This document shows, piece after piece, positions 51,391 through 60,067 of a stretch of DNA of 64,000 bases. Where the stretch lies: contig CAZTNC010000015.1 of the NCBI GenBank assembly GCA_964614915.1, positions 89,196 to 153,195 on the forward strand, given 5' to 3'. This stretch comes from an uncultured Thiotrichales bacterium. GTDB taxonomy: Bacteria; Pseudomonadota; Gammaproteobacteria; UBA4575. The notes under the pieces were generated by a model. It was given only the letters and a program-made list of their open reading frames with translations. It did not search any database and was not told where the DNA came from. The position numbers and the translations under genes are program-made. Numbering within the stretch: position 1 is the first letter of the stretch; every line of letters starts with the position of its first letter.

Positions 51391-52389
51391 TCAGGACTCA
51401 ACCGCTTCGGTCACGGGTATCCTGTCTTGCTGCAGGACAACCGCCCCGGTGTTTTTCCCCGATACAATCTTGAATTGCAGGCCTTCGTTTGCTGCAAATC
51501 TTGTTCGCAGGTCGCGTAACAGCGCGTGTCCTTGTATTTCACTGTCCACAAAGGCAAATCCCATCGGCCCCCACGAACTCTGGCCGACCCCTTCGATTCC
51601 TAAGGATTCTGCGTATTCAATTGCCTCGCCGACAGCCTGGCTAGTATAACGCCCTCCCTGAGCCGATGCGAAGTGATCGCCGATACAGCGCTGCAACCCG
51701 CTGATACCTTTACTGAAGGCCTCCAAGTCGCGCTCGAAAACTGCCGGCAGAATCTGCATCAATACCAAATGGCATAGATAGGCGGCAGTTTCCGGTGAAA
51801 AGCTCGGCAACGATGCAAACGACGTACTTTCATCGTTTCCATGCAACCCCCTGAGCGTTGAGTCAATGAACAGTACTACGCGCCAGGCCGGCGGGAACCT
51901 TAGGCGTGAAACAATGGGGGGAACCGAATCCGGGACACCCCTGCCTGCATCCAGTAAAAACCCTCCCTGCTGGAATGCACCGATTCCGACGCCAGACCTT
52001 GCCCCGCGGCCCAGCGCTTCGGCAATGTCCTGGGGAGTGCACTCGAGCGAGCAGAGTCTGGAAATTGCTGTACCCACAGCCAGTGACAGCTGGGTCCCCG
52101 AGCCCAGTCCTGAATGCGCAGGAATCTGGTCGAGCACTTCGATCTGACAGCCTTCCGCCAGCCCCTTGGCAGCAAGAAATTTTTCTGCAATGCCTTGCAC
52201 ACGACCTGTTGTGTCGCCCAGTACCTCAACGCAATTGTTGCGCCGGGCGACGATCCGTGTGGCTATGCCTTCCAGAGTCAGGCCAAGGCTTCCAAACTGC
52301 CTGCCCAGACTGCCTTCAAGGTCAAGAAATCCAAGGTGCAAGCGAGCCGGTGCTTCCACATAGACGGGCAAACTGTCCATACCCAGCAT
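51391..52389 (-). CDS. mptG: beta-ribofuranosylaminobenzene 5'-phosphate synthase (GHMP-kinase fold)
   Basis: VEAPARLHLGFLD N-terminus and the GHMP motif AHSGLGSGTQLSLAVGTA. Start placed at the ATG with a GAGGGAA SD (MLGMDSL); the ORF track extends to 52464. Confidence 0.65.
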   Translation of the reverse strand: MLGMDSLPVYVEAPARLHLGFLDLEGSLGRQFGSLGLTLEGIATRIVARRNNCVEVLGDTTGRVQGIAEKFLAAKGLAEGCQIEVLDQIPAHSGLGSGTQLSLAVGTAISRLCSLECTPQDIAEALGRGARSGVGIGAFQQGGFLLDAGRGVPDSVPPIVSRLRFPPAWRVVLFIDSTLRGLHGNDESTSFASLPSFSPETAAYLCHLVLMQILPAVFERDLEAFSKGISGLQRCIGDHFASAQGGRYTSQAVGEAIEYAESLGIEGVGQSSWGPMGFAFVDSEIQGHALLRDLRTRFAANEGLQFKIVSGKNTGAVVLQQDRIPVTEAVES

Positions 52390-52476
52390 TCTATTAGATT
52401 CCCTCAGCCCGAGTCTGGAATTTTTGTGCCCGGATGCGGGGGAGGATTTTCTGCACGAAGACACCTCCTGGCGGAA

Positions 52477-52716
52477 TTACAGCCACTTCAGCAGATAGTA
52501 AATCAGCTGCCCTTCCGATGATTTTGAAGGTCCGACAACCTTTGCAGCAAATTTTTTGTTGCCCGGGTCTGCTGCAGCCTGCGCCTGTTCGGCATCACTT
52601 TTGATTTCCACGCAATTCGCAGCAAATCTTTTGCGGCTGCGCTTTGGCACATACACGACGGCGTACTGAATTTTGGATACGCCCCCTTCAGGGTCGGGTG
52701 GTACCAGACCTCTCAA
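52477..52716 (-). CDS. hypothetical 79-aa protein
   Basis: ORF only (MRGLVPPDPEGGVSKIQYAVVYVPKRSRKRF...GQLIYYLLKWL). Fills the gap between cysS and mptG on the same strand. No family recognised. Confidence 0.3.
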   Translation of the reverse strand: MRGLVPPDPEGGVSKIQYAVVYVPKRSRKRFAANCVEIKSDAEQAQAAADPGNKKFAAKVVGPSKSSEGQLIYYLLKWL

Positions 52717-52788
52717 GGTGTCACCTCAACAGGTCACTGCCCCAAGTCTGGCAGCTCTTGTGCGCATCATGACATCTCTCGCAACGGA

Positions 52789-54165
52789 TCAAGCCTTCCT
52801 CCAGCTTGATGTCCCGTCGGGCCGATCCTGGATCTGCACGCCCATCGTGGTGAGCTGTTCCCGAATCTCATCGGCACGCTTGAAGTCCCTCTCCTTTTTC
52901 GCGTTTGCCCTGAGCTCCACCAGCCTGAGGATTTCCGCTTCATCGATTTCCGACGTCCCTCGAAACCACACTGCAGGATCCTGTTGCAAGATCCCCAGCA
53001 TCCTGCCCGCTGCCAATAACTGTCTTTTGAGCATCTCCCTTGAATTCTGCCCCGAGGCCGTCTTCACCTGTTTTGCCAATCTGTGCAACTCGGCAATTGC
53101 TGCCGGGGTATTCAGGTCATCCTTCAGGGCGCCCAAAAATTCATCCGGGACATCGTCAGCAGACACGCTGACTTCAATATCCTGAAGACTTTGCAAAACC
53201 TCGTATAGCCGGTCCAGATTCCTGCACGACTGCTTGAGTGCTTCGTCCGTCCAGTCCAGCGGACTCCGGTAGTGCGTGGCAAGAAGTGTAAATCGGATGG
53301 CCTCACCGGGTGCCTGTCCAAGCAGGTCTTGCACCAGCAGGACATTGCCCTGGGACTTGGACATTTTTTCATGATCGACGTTGACGAAGCCATTATGCAT
53401 CCAGTACCGACTGAAAAGCTGCCCGTCATGCACGCAGGTGCTCTGCGCCCTCTCGTTCTCATGGTGCGGGAAGACCAAGTCCTGCCCGCCCCCGTGTATG
53501 TCAATGGTCGTGCCCAGATGCTGCTCGATCATCGTCGAACACTCGATGTGCCAGCCCGGCCGTCCCGCACCCCATGGACTATCCCATGCAGGCTGGCTCT
53601 CGTCCGAAGGTTTCCACAGGACAAAATCCGTGTCATCCCGTTTGTAGGGAGCCACATCCACGCGCGCCCCGGCAATCAGTTCTCTGAGATTGCGCCCGGA
53701 CAGTTCTCCATACCCCGAGTAGGAAGGCACGTGGAAGAGCACGTGGCCTTCGGCTTCATAGGCGTGACCGGCAGCAATCAGGCGCTCGATCATGTCAATG
53801 ATGTGCTCCATGTGGTCCGTGACCCGGGGTTCAATGACCGGCGCAAGGACCCCAAGGTCTGCCATGTTCTGGTGATAGGTCCGGGTATAGCGCGCACTGA
53901 TCTCTGCGATGGGCACCTTTTCCTTCAGGGCCGCTGCATTAATCTTGTCATCGACATCCGTGATGTTGCGCACATAGCGGACCTGTTCGTACTCCTGCAT
54001 GAGCAGCCGGTAAAGCACATCGAATACCACGGCTGGACGCGCATTTCCGATGTGTGGAAAGCTGTACACGGTTGGGCCGCAGACGTACAGGCTGATGCAC
54101 TTGGGGTCTGCCGGAACAAATTCCTCTTTTTTGCGTGAGGCTGTGTTGTAGATATGGAGAGTCAT
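52789..54165 (-). CDS. cysS: cysteine--tRNA ligase
   Basis: HIGN (HIGNARP) and KMSKS motifs; class I aaRS. Confidence 0.95.
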   Translation of the reverse strand: MTLHIYNTASRKKEEFVPADPKCISLYVCGPTVYSFPHIGNARPAVVFDVLYRLLMQEYEQVRYVRNITDVDDKINAAALKEKVPIAEISARYTRTYHQNMADLGVLAPVIEPRVTDHMEHIIDMIERLIAAGHAYEAEGHVLFHVPSYSGYGELSGRNLRELIAGARVDVAPYKRDDTDFVLWKPSDESQPAWDSPWGAGRPGWHIECSTMIEQHLGTTIDIHGGGQDLVFPHHENERAQSTCVHDGQLFSRYWMHNGFVNVDHEKMSKSQGNVLLVQDLLGQAPGEAIRFTLLATHYRSPLDWTDEALKQSCRNLDRLYEVLQSLQDIEVSVSADDVPDEFLGALKDDLNTPAAIAELHRLAKQVKTASGQNSREMLKRQLLAAGRMLGILQQDPAVWFRGTSEIDEAEILRLVELRANAKKERDFKRADEIREQLTTMGVQIQDRPDGTSSWRKA

Positions 54166-54213
54166 GACGGTTCCGGGAAAGTCTGCTTCGCACCGACGGT
54201 CAGTTATGGATCC

Positions 54214-54600
54214 TCAGTCCGGTCCCCCCTGCCACATCATCTTGTAGCCTATTTCGTAGGTTTCTGTGGCAAAGCCGCCCAAGGCCTCAAATTTCTCCCT
54301 GAAGACATCATCCGCATGCGATTCTTCATGCTGCTCAAAGGATTCCCAGTAGGTGACGATTGCAACATGCTCGCTGGTCTGCTCCTTTGAGGCAATGGAG
54401 CCTTCATCCGATACGAATCCGGCAAACTTGAATACCTGCCCGCCGAGGAACCCACCTTCGTCGTCACCGTAGGTGTTCTTGACGGTATTGCACATCTCTC
54501 CCACCGCCAACTCGATATCTTCCTCGGACACCCCTTTTTTCAATTTGACAACGTTGTACATCATCACGCAGCCGTACGGGACACTCAGCGCATCAAACAT
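54214..54600 (-). CDS. ABM (antibiotic-biosynthesis-monooxygenase)-like small protein
   Basis: HVAIVTYWESFEQHEESHADDVFREKF resembles the ABM/Dabb core motif. Possible internal start at Met-13. Confidence 0.4.
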   Translation of the reverse strand: MFDALSVPYGCVMMYNVVKLKKGVSEEDIELAVGEMCNTVKNTYGDDEGGFLGGQVFKFAGFVSDEGSIASKEQTSEHVAIVTYWESFEQHEESHADDVFREKFEALGGFATETYEIGYKMMWQGGPD

Positions 54601-54747
54601 TGCAACTCCTCGGACTCACACAAGCCTCTCTTTACTCTTCAAATACATACTTTATTCGATTTCTCAAATATACGGAAACGGGTGCTTTGACACCCTGCTG
54701 ACCCTGCGTCAGCACGAGAACAGGCAAGTGGAGGTGATCAGGCGCAG

Positions 54748-56127
54748 TCAGCTTTCAGCGACTGCCAGCATCTCGCTTTGCCGGGTGAACTTCTCGCGTG
54801 GCTTGCCCTTGGGCTCCCCTGCTGCCACTTCTGCAGCATCGATCTTTTCCCACTGGGCAAAATTGATGTGGCGCACGCCATTGTTGTCCAGAATCTTGTA
54901 CAGGCCTTCGCGACCGGGCCTGTTCGTGTTGAGTTGACCAATGTCCTCCAGCAGCGCCTCTACAGATTCGACTGCACAGGCACGGTTGGTGCCAATGATC
55001 CCCGAAGGTCCGCGCTTGATCCATCCTGCCGTGTACAGGCCTGGTACAACGGGACCATCCTGTTCCGCGGTAATGCGGCCAGCTTCGTTGGGAATGGTAC
55101 CCCAGCGCTCATAAAAAGGAACACCCGGGACAGGCACTCCGTTGTAGCCGATGCTGCGAAACAAAATCCCGCACTCAATTTCCATTGTTTGCCCGGTGCC
55201 CCGGGCGGATTGCCTGAAAGGCTCTCCTGTCAGCGCATTGGTTTCAAAGACGACTTTCTGCAACCGCGCCTCACCCTCGAGCCGTTGCGGGCTCTTCAAG
55301 AATGTCGCAATGCATATCCGCTGTTTCCCGGTGTCCTCAGAGTCTGCAAACCGGTGAAAGATCTCAACATTCTTTTTGTTTCCCCGACCCTCCTTGGAAT
55401 CGATTTCCTCCTGACTTGCCGGGTTCAACTTGAGTTCCTCCGGTTCAATGTAGGGGCGGCAATTTTCAATCTCCAGGAATTCCTTGAGTTCCTTTGAAGC
55501 AAACTTTGCCTGTGCCGGACCGCGCCGGCCCACCACATAAATTGTACGGACCCTGCTTTCTGCAAGTACATCCAGGGCATGCTGTGCAATATCCGTATGC
55601 TTCAGCTCATCCACCGACTTGGCCAGTATCCTAGCTACATCGGCTGCCACATTCCCCTGCCCGATGACGACGGCTGTCTCATGGGACAAATCAAAGGTTC
55701 GGTCCCGGTAATCGGGGTGTCCGTTGTACCAGCCAACAAATTCCGTGGCGGTGTGGCTTCCGGACAGGTCCTCGCCGGGTATCCCCAGCCTGCGGTCCGT
55801 TTCCGCACCGCAGGTATACATCACCGCATGATGTGTTTGCTGCAGGTCTTCCGCCTTGATGTCGACCCCGACCGTGACATTGCCGACAAAGTTGAACTCG
55901 GGATTCTGGGCAACTTTTTTGTAAACCTCGATGGCCTGCTTGAGCTTGGGGTGATCAGGTGCAACGCCGTTGCGAACCAGACCGTACGGGGCAGGAAGCC
56001 TTTCGATCAGATCAATCTCTACATTCAGACCAGACTTGATCAGTGCTTCGGTTGCGTAAAATCCGCTGGGACCGCTTCCTACGATTGCCACACGAAGTGG
56101 ACTTGATTCATCACCGAGACTGCTCAT
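54748..56127 (-). CDS. fpr: ferredoxin--NADP+ reductase, adrenodoxin-reductase/FprA type
   Basis: 459 aa; FAD dinucleotide fold VAIVGSGPSGFYA and NADP fold AVVIGQGNVAADVARIL; GLYTAGWIKRGPSG C-terminal motif. Confidence 0.8.
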   Translation of the reverse strand: MSSLGDESSPLRVAIVGSGPSGFYATEALIKSGLNVEIDLIERLPAPYGLVRNGVAPDHPKLKQAIEVYKKVAQNPEFNFVGNVTVGVDIKAEDLQQTHHAVMYTCGAETDRRLGIPGEDLSGSHTATEFVGWYNGHPDYRDRTFDLSHETAVVIGQGNVAADVARILAKSVDELKHTDIAQHALDVLAESRVRTIYVVGRRGPAQAKFASKELKEFLEIENCRPYIEPEELKLNPASQEEIDSKEGRGNKKNVEIFHRFADSEDTGKQRICIATFLKSPQRLEGEARLQKVVFETNALTGEPFRQSARGTGQTMEIECGILFRSIGYNGVPVPGVPFYERWGTIPNEAGRITAEQDGPVVPGLYTAGWIKRGPSGIIGTNRACAVESVEALLEDIGQLNTNRPGREGLYKILDNNGVRHINFAQWEKIDAAEVAAGEPKGKPREKFTRQSEMLAVAES

Positions 56128-56224
56128 GGAATTTGCCCGAGCCGGACATCAGTATGGTTACAACCTTGTATACCAGGAAAGTACAGATCAGGATTGTCAG
56201 AATCATGGTTGACGGCATCAGACC

Positions 56225-56530
56225 CTAGAAACCCAAATCGGCCTTGCGTTCCTCGGCTTCAGGCAAGGGTTCCATCGGTTCTTCGATGAGTGGCAGATCC
56301 GGTGCCTTCTCGGCATTGATCTCGATCCATTGCTCCTGTCCTTCAGGTAGGTCGTCTTCCTCAAAAATTGCCTCTACAGGGCATTCCGGGATGCAGGCAC
56401 TGCAGTCAATGCAGACATCCGGATCAATATAAAGCATCTCATCATCATAATGAAAGCAGGCTACCGGGCACACTGCTACACAGTCTGTAAACCGGCATCC
56501 CTTACAATTTTCTGTGACAACTGTAGTCAT
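56225..56530 (-). CDS. fdxA: 7Fe (3Fe-4S + 4Fe-4S) ferredoxin, Azotobacter FdxA type
   Basis: TTVVTENCKGCRFTDCVAVCPVACFH...IDPDVCIDCSACIPECPVEAIF parallels A. vinelandii FdI ([26 protein letters not shown]...). Confidence 0.85.
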   Translation of the reverse strand: MTTVVTENCKGCRFTDCVAVCPVACFHYDDEMLYIDPDVCIDCSACIPECPVEAIFEEDDLPEGQEQWIEINAEKAPDLPLIEEPMEPLPEAEERKADLGF

Positions 56531-56604
56531 GTAATTAACTCCTCTACTGCAAACTGTATCAGACTATGCAGGCTGAAAGTGTAACGGTTTTCAAAAACCG
56601 ACCC

Positions 56605-57426
56605 TCACTGACCTGAGAAAAGCAGAATTTCTCCGCGATTCAGCTCCACTGCGTCACCGCTGTACCGCTCATACTTTCCATTTATATGCTTGTCCGTGAT
56701 TTTTTCTTCAAATCCATTTTCCTGCAACCGGATCAGGTAAAGGCGCAGGAACAGGGGTTGATACCTGCATGAATACTCAAAACTAGGCAATATCTCGGAC
56801 TCTTCAAAGCTGACGACTGTGCCGCGCACCATGCCGGCACCCGTGCGCACACCCATTTTCCCCATCACGATAATCGTGCCTGCTCGCATGCTAACCGCAG
56901 TAAAGTCTCCGGCATCCCCGCCGATCGCGATCAACCCGCGACGCATGGAGTTACCAATCTCGTTCTTGGCACTGCCATGGATGAAGATTTCACCGCCTGT
57001 TATGCCGGTTGACTGGCCCCTGAAGGCGCTTCCTACCATGTGGCCTGCATCGCCAAGAACCGTGATCCGCCCGCCTGACATCTCCGGACCGACCCAGTCT
57101 GTGGCATCACCTTTGACCAAGATTTCACCGCCGGACATCCCGATTCCTACATGCATGCCCACATTTCCCTCAATAATTACACGGCCTTCAGACATGCAGG
57201 CACCAATCATTTTGACCTTGGAAAGATCGCCTTCTATGTGAATGTCAGGAGTCCCCTTTCCGGTGACCTTGAAAAAATCACCCACTTTGGCCTTTACATT
57301 CCCATGCATCACCTGCAGATGCTCGATCCCCAGTTCCGACAGCCCTGCAATCGAGGCAGGGCTCAAGGTCTCGGCTTCCAGAGGAACCTGCGGTTCCGTA
57401 TGCAAATGTAACAACGTAGCACTCAT
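56605..57426 (-). CDS. fhcC: formyltransferase/hydrolase complex subunit C (FwdC homologue)
   Basis: Repeated G-x-G-x-x-M beta-helix repeats (GNVGMHVGIGMSGG, GDAGHMVGSAF) characteristic of FwdC/GltB C-domain. Confidence 0.8.
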   Translation of the reverse strand: MSATLLHLHTEPQVPLEAETLSPASIAGLSELGIEHLQVMHGNVKAKVGDFFKVTGKGTPDIHIEGDLSKVKMIGACMSEGRVIIEGNVGMHVGIGMSGGEILVKGDATDWVGPEMSGGRITVLGDAGHMVGSAFRGQSTGITGGEIFIHGSAKNEIGNSMRRGLIAIGGDAGDFTAVSMRAGTIIVMGKMGVRTGAGMVRGTVVSFEESEILPSFEYSCRYQPLFLRLYLIRLQENGFEEKITDKHINGKYERYSGDAVELNRGEILLFSGQ

Positions 57427-57463
57427 GAATATTTACTTTAATTTTTTCTTATAACCAATTATT

Positions 57464-58360
57464 CTATTTAAGTAAATCGTGCAGGTAGAACTTGTACTTC
57501 CCGAGTTCCCCACCATAGTTACCCGCAGTGACGATCAGGGTCCCCTTGGCTGCTGCTGCATGGATACCTCGGCGCATGGCCTCCTTGACCACATACTCGT
57601 TCAGTCCGTCCACCACGATCTCGTAGCCTGCCGCCACGTTTGCCGGAAGTGTTGTCTGGCCTGAAATCGAGCGTAAGGTGGGACAGTAGCTGTCGTTGGT
57701 CGAAGCGATCATAGACTTGTAGCGCGAACCCACCTTGCTTCCAGACCCCACGACTCCCTGGGGGAACGGCAGGAATACACCAGCCACCTCACGCATTGCA
57801 TTGCTGGCAGCAGTGGCTGCACGCAGCGCAATCCGCTGGCTCGTCCCCAGCAAGATGAGATTCCCGCCACCCACAGCAGGCCGGATTCCAAAGGATTCCT
57901 CGACAAGAAACTCACCTTCCATGATCGGGATCCGCCACATCCGGCGCCCGTCAATGAGTTTGCTGATCTGGTATCCGTCTCCGAAAAAACGCAGCTTTCC
58001 GCCTACAGAGACGGTCTTCTCGGATTCAAGGCCATTGTATGCGGCCGTTGTGGGACAAGTCATGACACATTGGCCGATCCGGTCAATCAACTGACCTGCA
58101 ATGGCCTTGCTGCTCATGGTGAACAGCAACACGCTGACCCCTGGGCGTCGATCCGGCGTAGCCTCCGGGGGAACTTCACACTCGACAGCTGCTTCAAGCT
58201 TACAGCGAATTACCGATGTGGCAAATCCCGTCATGGATGCAGCTGCAGCACGTGCCCACTGCTTGGTGTCTGCAGTGATCACAACACGGGCACCCCACAT
58301 CCCGAAAGCCTCTGCAAAGGTATCCGTGATTTCGGTTTTCTTGATCCGCATGATTTTCAT
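57464..58360 (-). CDS. fhcD: formylmethanofuran:H4MPT formyltransferase (Ftr homologue)
   Basis: 298 aa; Ftr family (DTFAEAFGMWGARVVITA..., LLFTMSSKAIAGQLIDRIGQCVMTCPTTA). Confidence 0.85.
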   Translation of the reverse strand: MKIMRIKKTEITDTFAEAFGMWGARVVITADTKQWARAAAASMTGFATSVIRCKLEAAVECEVPPEATPDRRPGVSVLLFTMSSKAIAGQLIDRIGQCVMTCPTTAAYNGLESEKTVSVGGKLRFFGDGYQISKLIDGRRMWRIPIMEGEFLVEESFGIRPAVGGGNLILLGTSQRIALRAATAASNAMREVAGVFLPFPQGVVGSGSKVGSRYKSMIASTNDSYCPTLRSISGQTTLPANVAAGYEIVVDGLNEYVVKEAMRRGIHAAAAKGTLIVTAGNYGGELGKYKFYLHDLLK

Positions 58361-60027
58361 GACTTCGGATTGGTCGGGACCTCCTCGTGATCATGAAGAT
58401 AGTCTTCGCTGATCGCATAGTTGCTGAACTTGACCGAGTAGTAATCTTCAAAGAAAGGTTCAATTTCAGCTGCAATATCCTCGTTGTATCCCGGCCTGGA
58501 GTGCAGAACCTTGCCCTTGTGATCAGTTGCAAATTCGTGGTCCTTGATCACAACTGTGCCGTCCTTGATTACGTAGCGGGGGGCATTGAACATCTGCTCC
58601 CGATCTTCTTCTTCCGTATAGATCGTGATATCCGCATCCGCGCCCACACCCAGATGCCCCTTGTTCTTCAGGCCCAGGGCTCTGGCCGGTCCGGCCCTTG
58701 TAATGATTGCAATTTCACTCAGCGTGTATTCACGCTCGAGTTCCGGGAGTACCGTCTTGGCCACTGCCTTCTGGTTTACGTGCTGCAATGCCTCTTTCCG
58801 GTAGGCACTGTCCATGAGCAGCTTGATCAATTTTGGATAGTTCATGAAGGAGCCGCCGTTGGGGTGGTCCGTGGACAGCAGCACGCGCCACGGGTCTTTC
58901 GACATCAGGAACAGTTCCAGGCCCATTGCCCACTGCAGGGTATGGGTGTAGATGCTCTCCTGGTAGCTGAACGGGATGATGCCGCAACCACTTTCACACT
59001 CTGTATCTGCATTCACCCACTTGTCAAACTTGACGTTGCGCAGCATCCAGGCAAGTGGAGCATCGGCTGTCATGGCCGTTGCCTTGCCGAACATCACCTG
59101 TCCCACATCGGCAGTGATATTTTCATGATCATTGATGTAATCGATGATTTCCCGGGCGCCGGATACCGGATTCTTGTTTACCTCGCCACCGAAACTGTGA
59201 AACTGGATATGAGCCATATGGGCGCGTCGGCCCTGCGCCGCTTTCATGGTATCCAGGGTCGTGCTGATGTTGCCGCTATGTCCCAGGTTGTTGCAGTGTA
59301 TGTGGGGCGGATGAGGCAGCCCCAGTTCATGTGCAGCTTCGATAAAGCTTTCCGTAACGAATGACGGCGTGATGTCATAGTGATCAATACGCTCGTTTAC
59401 ATCTGTGATATTGGCGTTCTTCCGGCCTTTCCAGAGTTCATCGCTGCCCGTGTTCACCAGCTTGACCGTGTAGGCATGTACTGAATTTACCCACCATGCA
59501 ATGGCTTCCTTGAATTCCTTTTTCCGCCCTTCCTTCAGCAGTTTGTACAAAAATGCATTATTGCCAAGCAGTACATAAAAACCCTTGTCAACTACAGGGG
59601 TGTCATCAAGCTCTTCGAGTACATGTCTTGCAGTAATTGGCGGAACAGCCGCTTCCATTGCAGTGGTATAGCCCATGGTGGCATAGCGATAGCCTGTGGC
59701 GAAGGTCGAGGGTACGATGCCGCCAGTCCCGGAACGGGTCACGGCAGTTTTGGGATGAACATCTAGGCGATGATCTTCCGGCATCAGCTTGCGCGCAAGG
59801 TTGACCTTGGGTCCGGCGATATGGCAGTGAATGTCAATTGCACCGGGCATCACCACCATGCCACGTGCATCAATCCTGGAAGCAGATCTAGAAACGGAAT
59901 CTACGATCTTCCCATCTCGTATGCACAGGTCCTGAACATTTCCATCAACATTGTTGACCGGATCGTACACACGTCCATTTGCGATTTTCAGTTCAGATGG
60001 CATGTCCTGACTATCCCCTGAATACAA
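58357..60027 (-). CDS. fhcA: formyltransferase/hydrolase complex subunit A (FwdA homologue, amidohydrolase)
   Basis: 556 aa; amidohydrolase metal-binding HxH (IDIHCHIAGP) and further His ligands; overlaps the fhcD start by 4 nt. Confidence 0.85.
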   Translation of the reverse strand: MYSGDSQDMPSELKIANGRVYDPVNNVDGNVQDLCIRDGKIVDSVSRSASRIDARGMVVMPGAIDIHCHIAGPKVNLARKLMPEDHRLDVHPKTAVTRSGTGGIVPSTFATGYRYATMGYTTAMEAAVPPITARHVLEELDDTPVVDKGFYVLLGNNAFLYKLLKEGRKKEFKEAIAWWVNSVHAYTVKLVNTGSDELWKGRKNANITDVNERIDHYDITPSFVTESFIEAAHELGLPHPPHIHCNNLGHSGNISTTLDTMKAAQGRRAHMAHIQFHSFGGEVNKNPVSGAREIIDYINDHENITADVGQVMFGKATAMTADAPLAWMLRNVKFDKWVNADTECESGCGIIPFSYQESIYTHTLQWAMGLELFLMSKDPWRVLLSTDHPNGGSFMNYPKLIKLLMDSAYRKEALQHVNQKAVAKTVLPELEREYTLSEIAIITRAGPARALGLKNKGHLGVGADADITIYTEEEDREQMFNAPRYVIKDGTVVIKDHEFATDHKGKVLHSRPGYNEDIAAEIEPFFEDYYSVKFSNYAISEDYLHDHEEVPTNPKS

Positions 60028-60067
60028 CCATTGCTGTCCGGCAAGATGGTTGTTGACAGAAATTTCG

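Noticed and set aside
54778-55497. 239-aa plus-strand ORF
   Set aside because: Antisense to the ferredoxin-NADP+ reductase gene.
58387-59364. 325-aa plus-strand ORF
   Set aside because: Antisense to fhcA.
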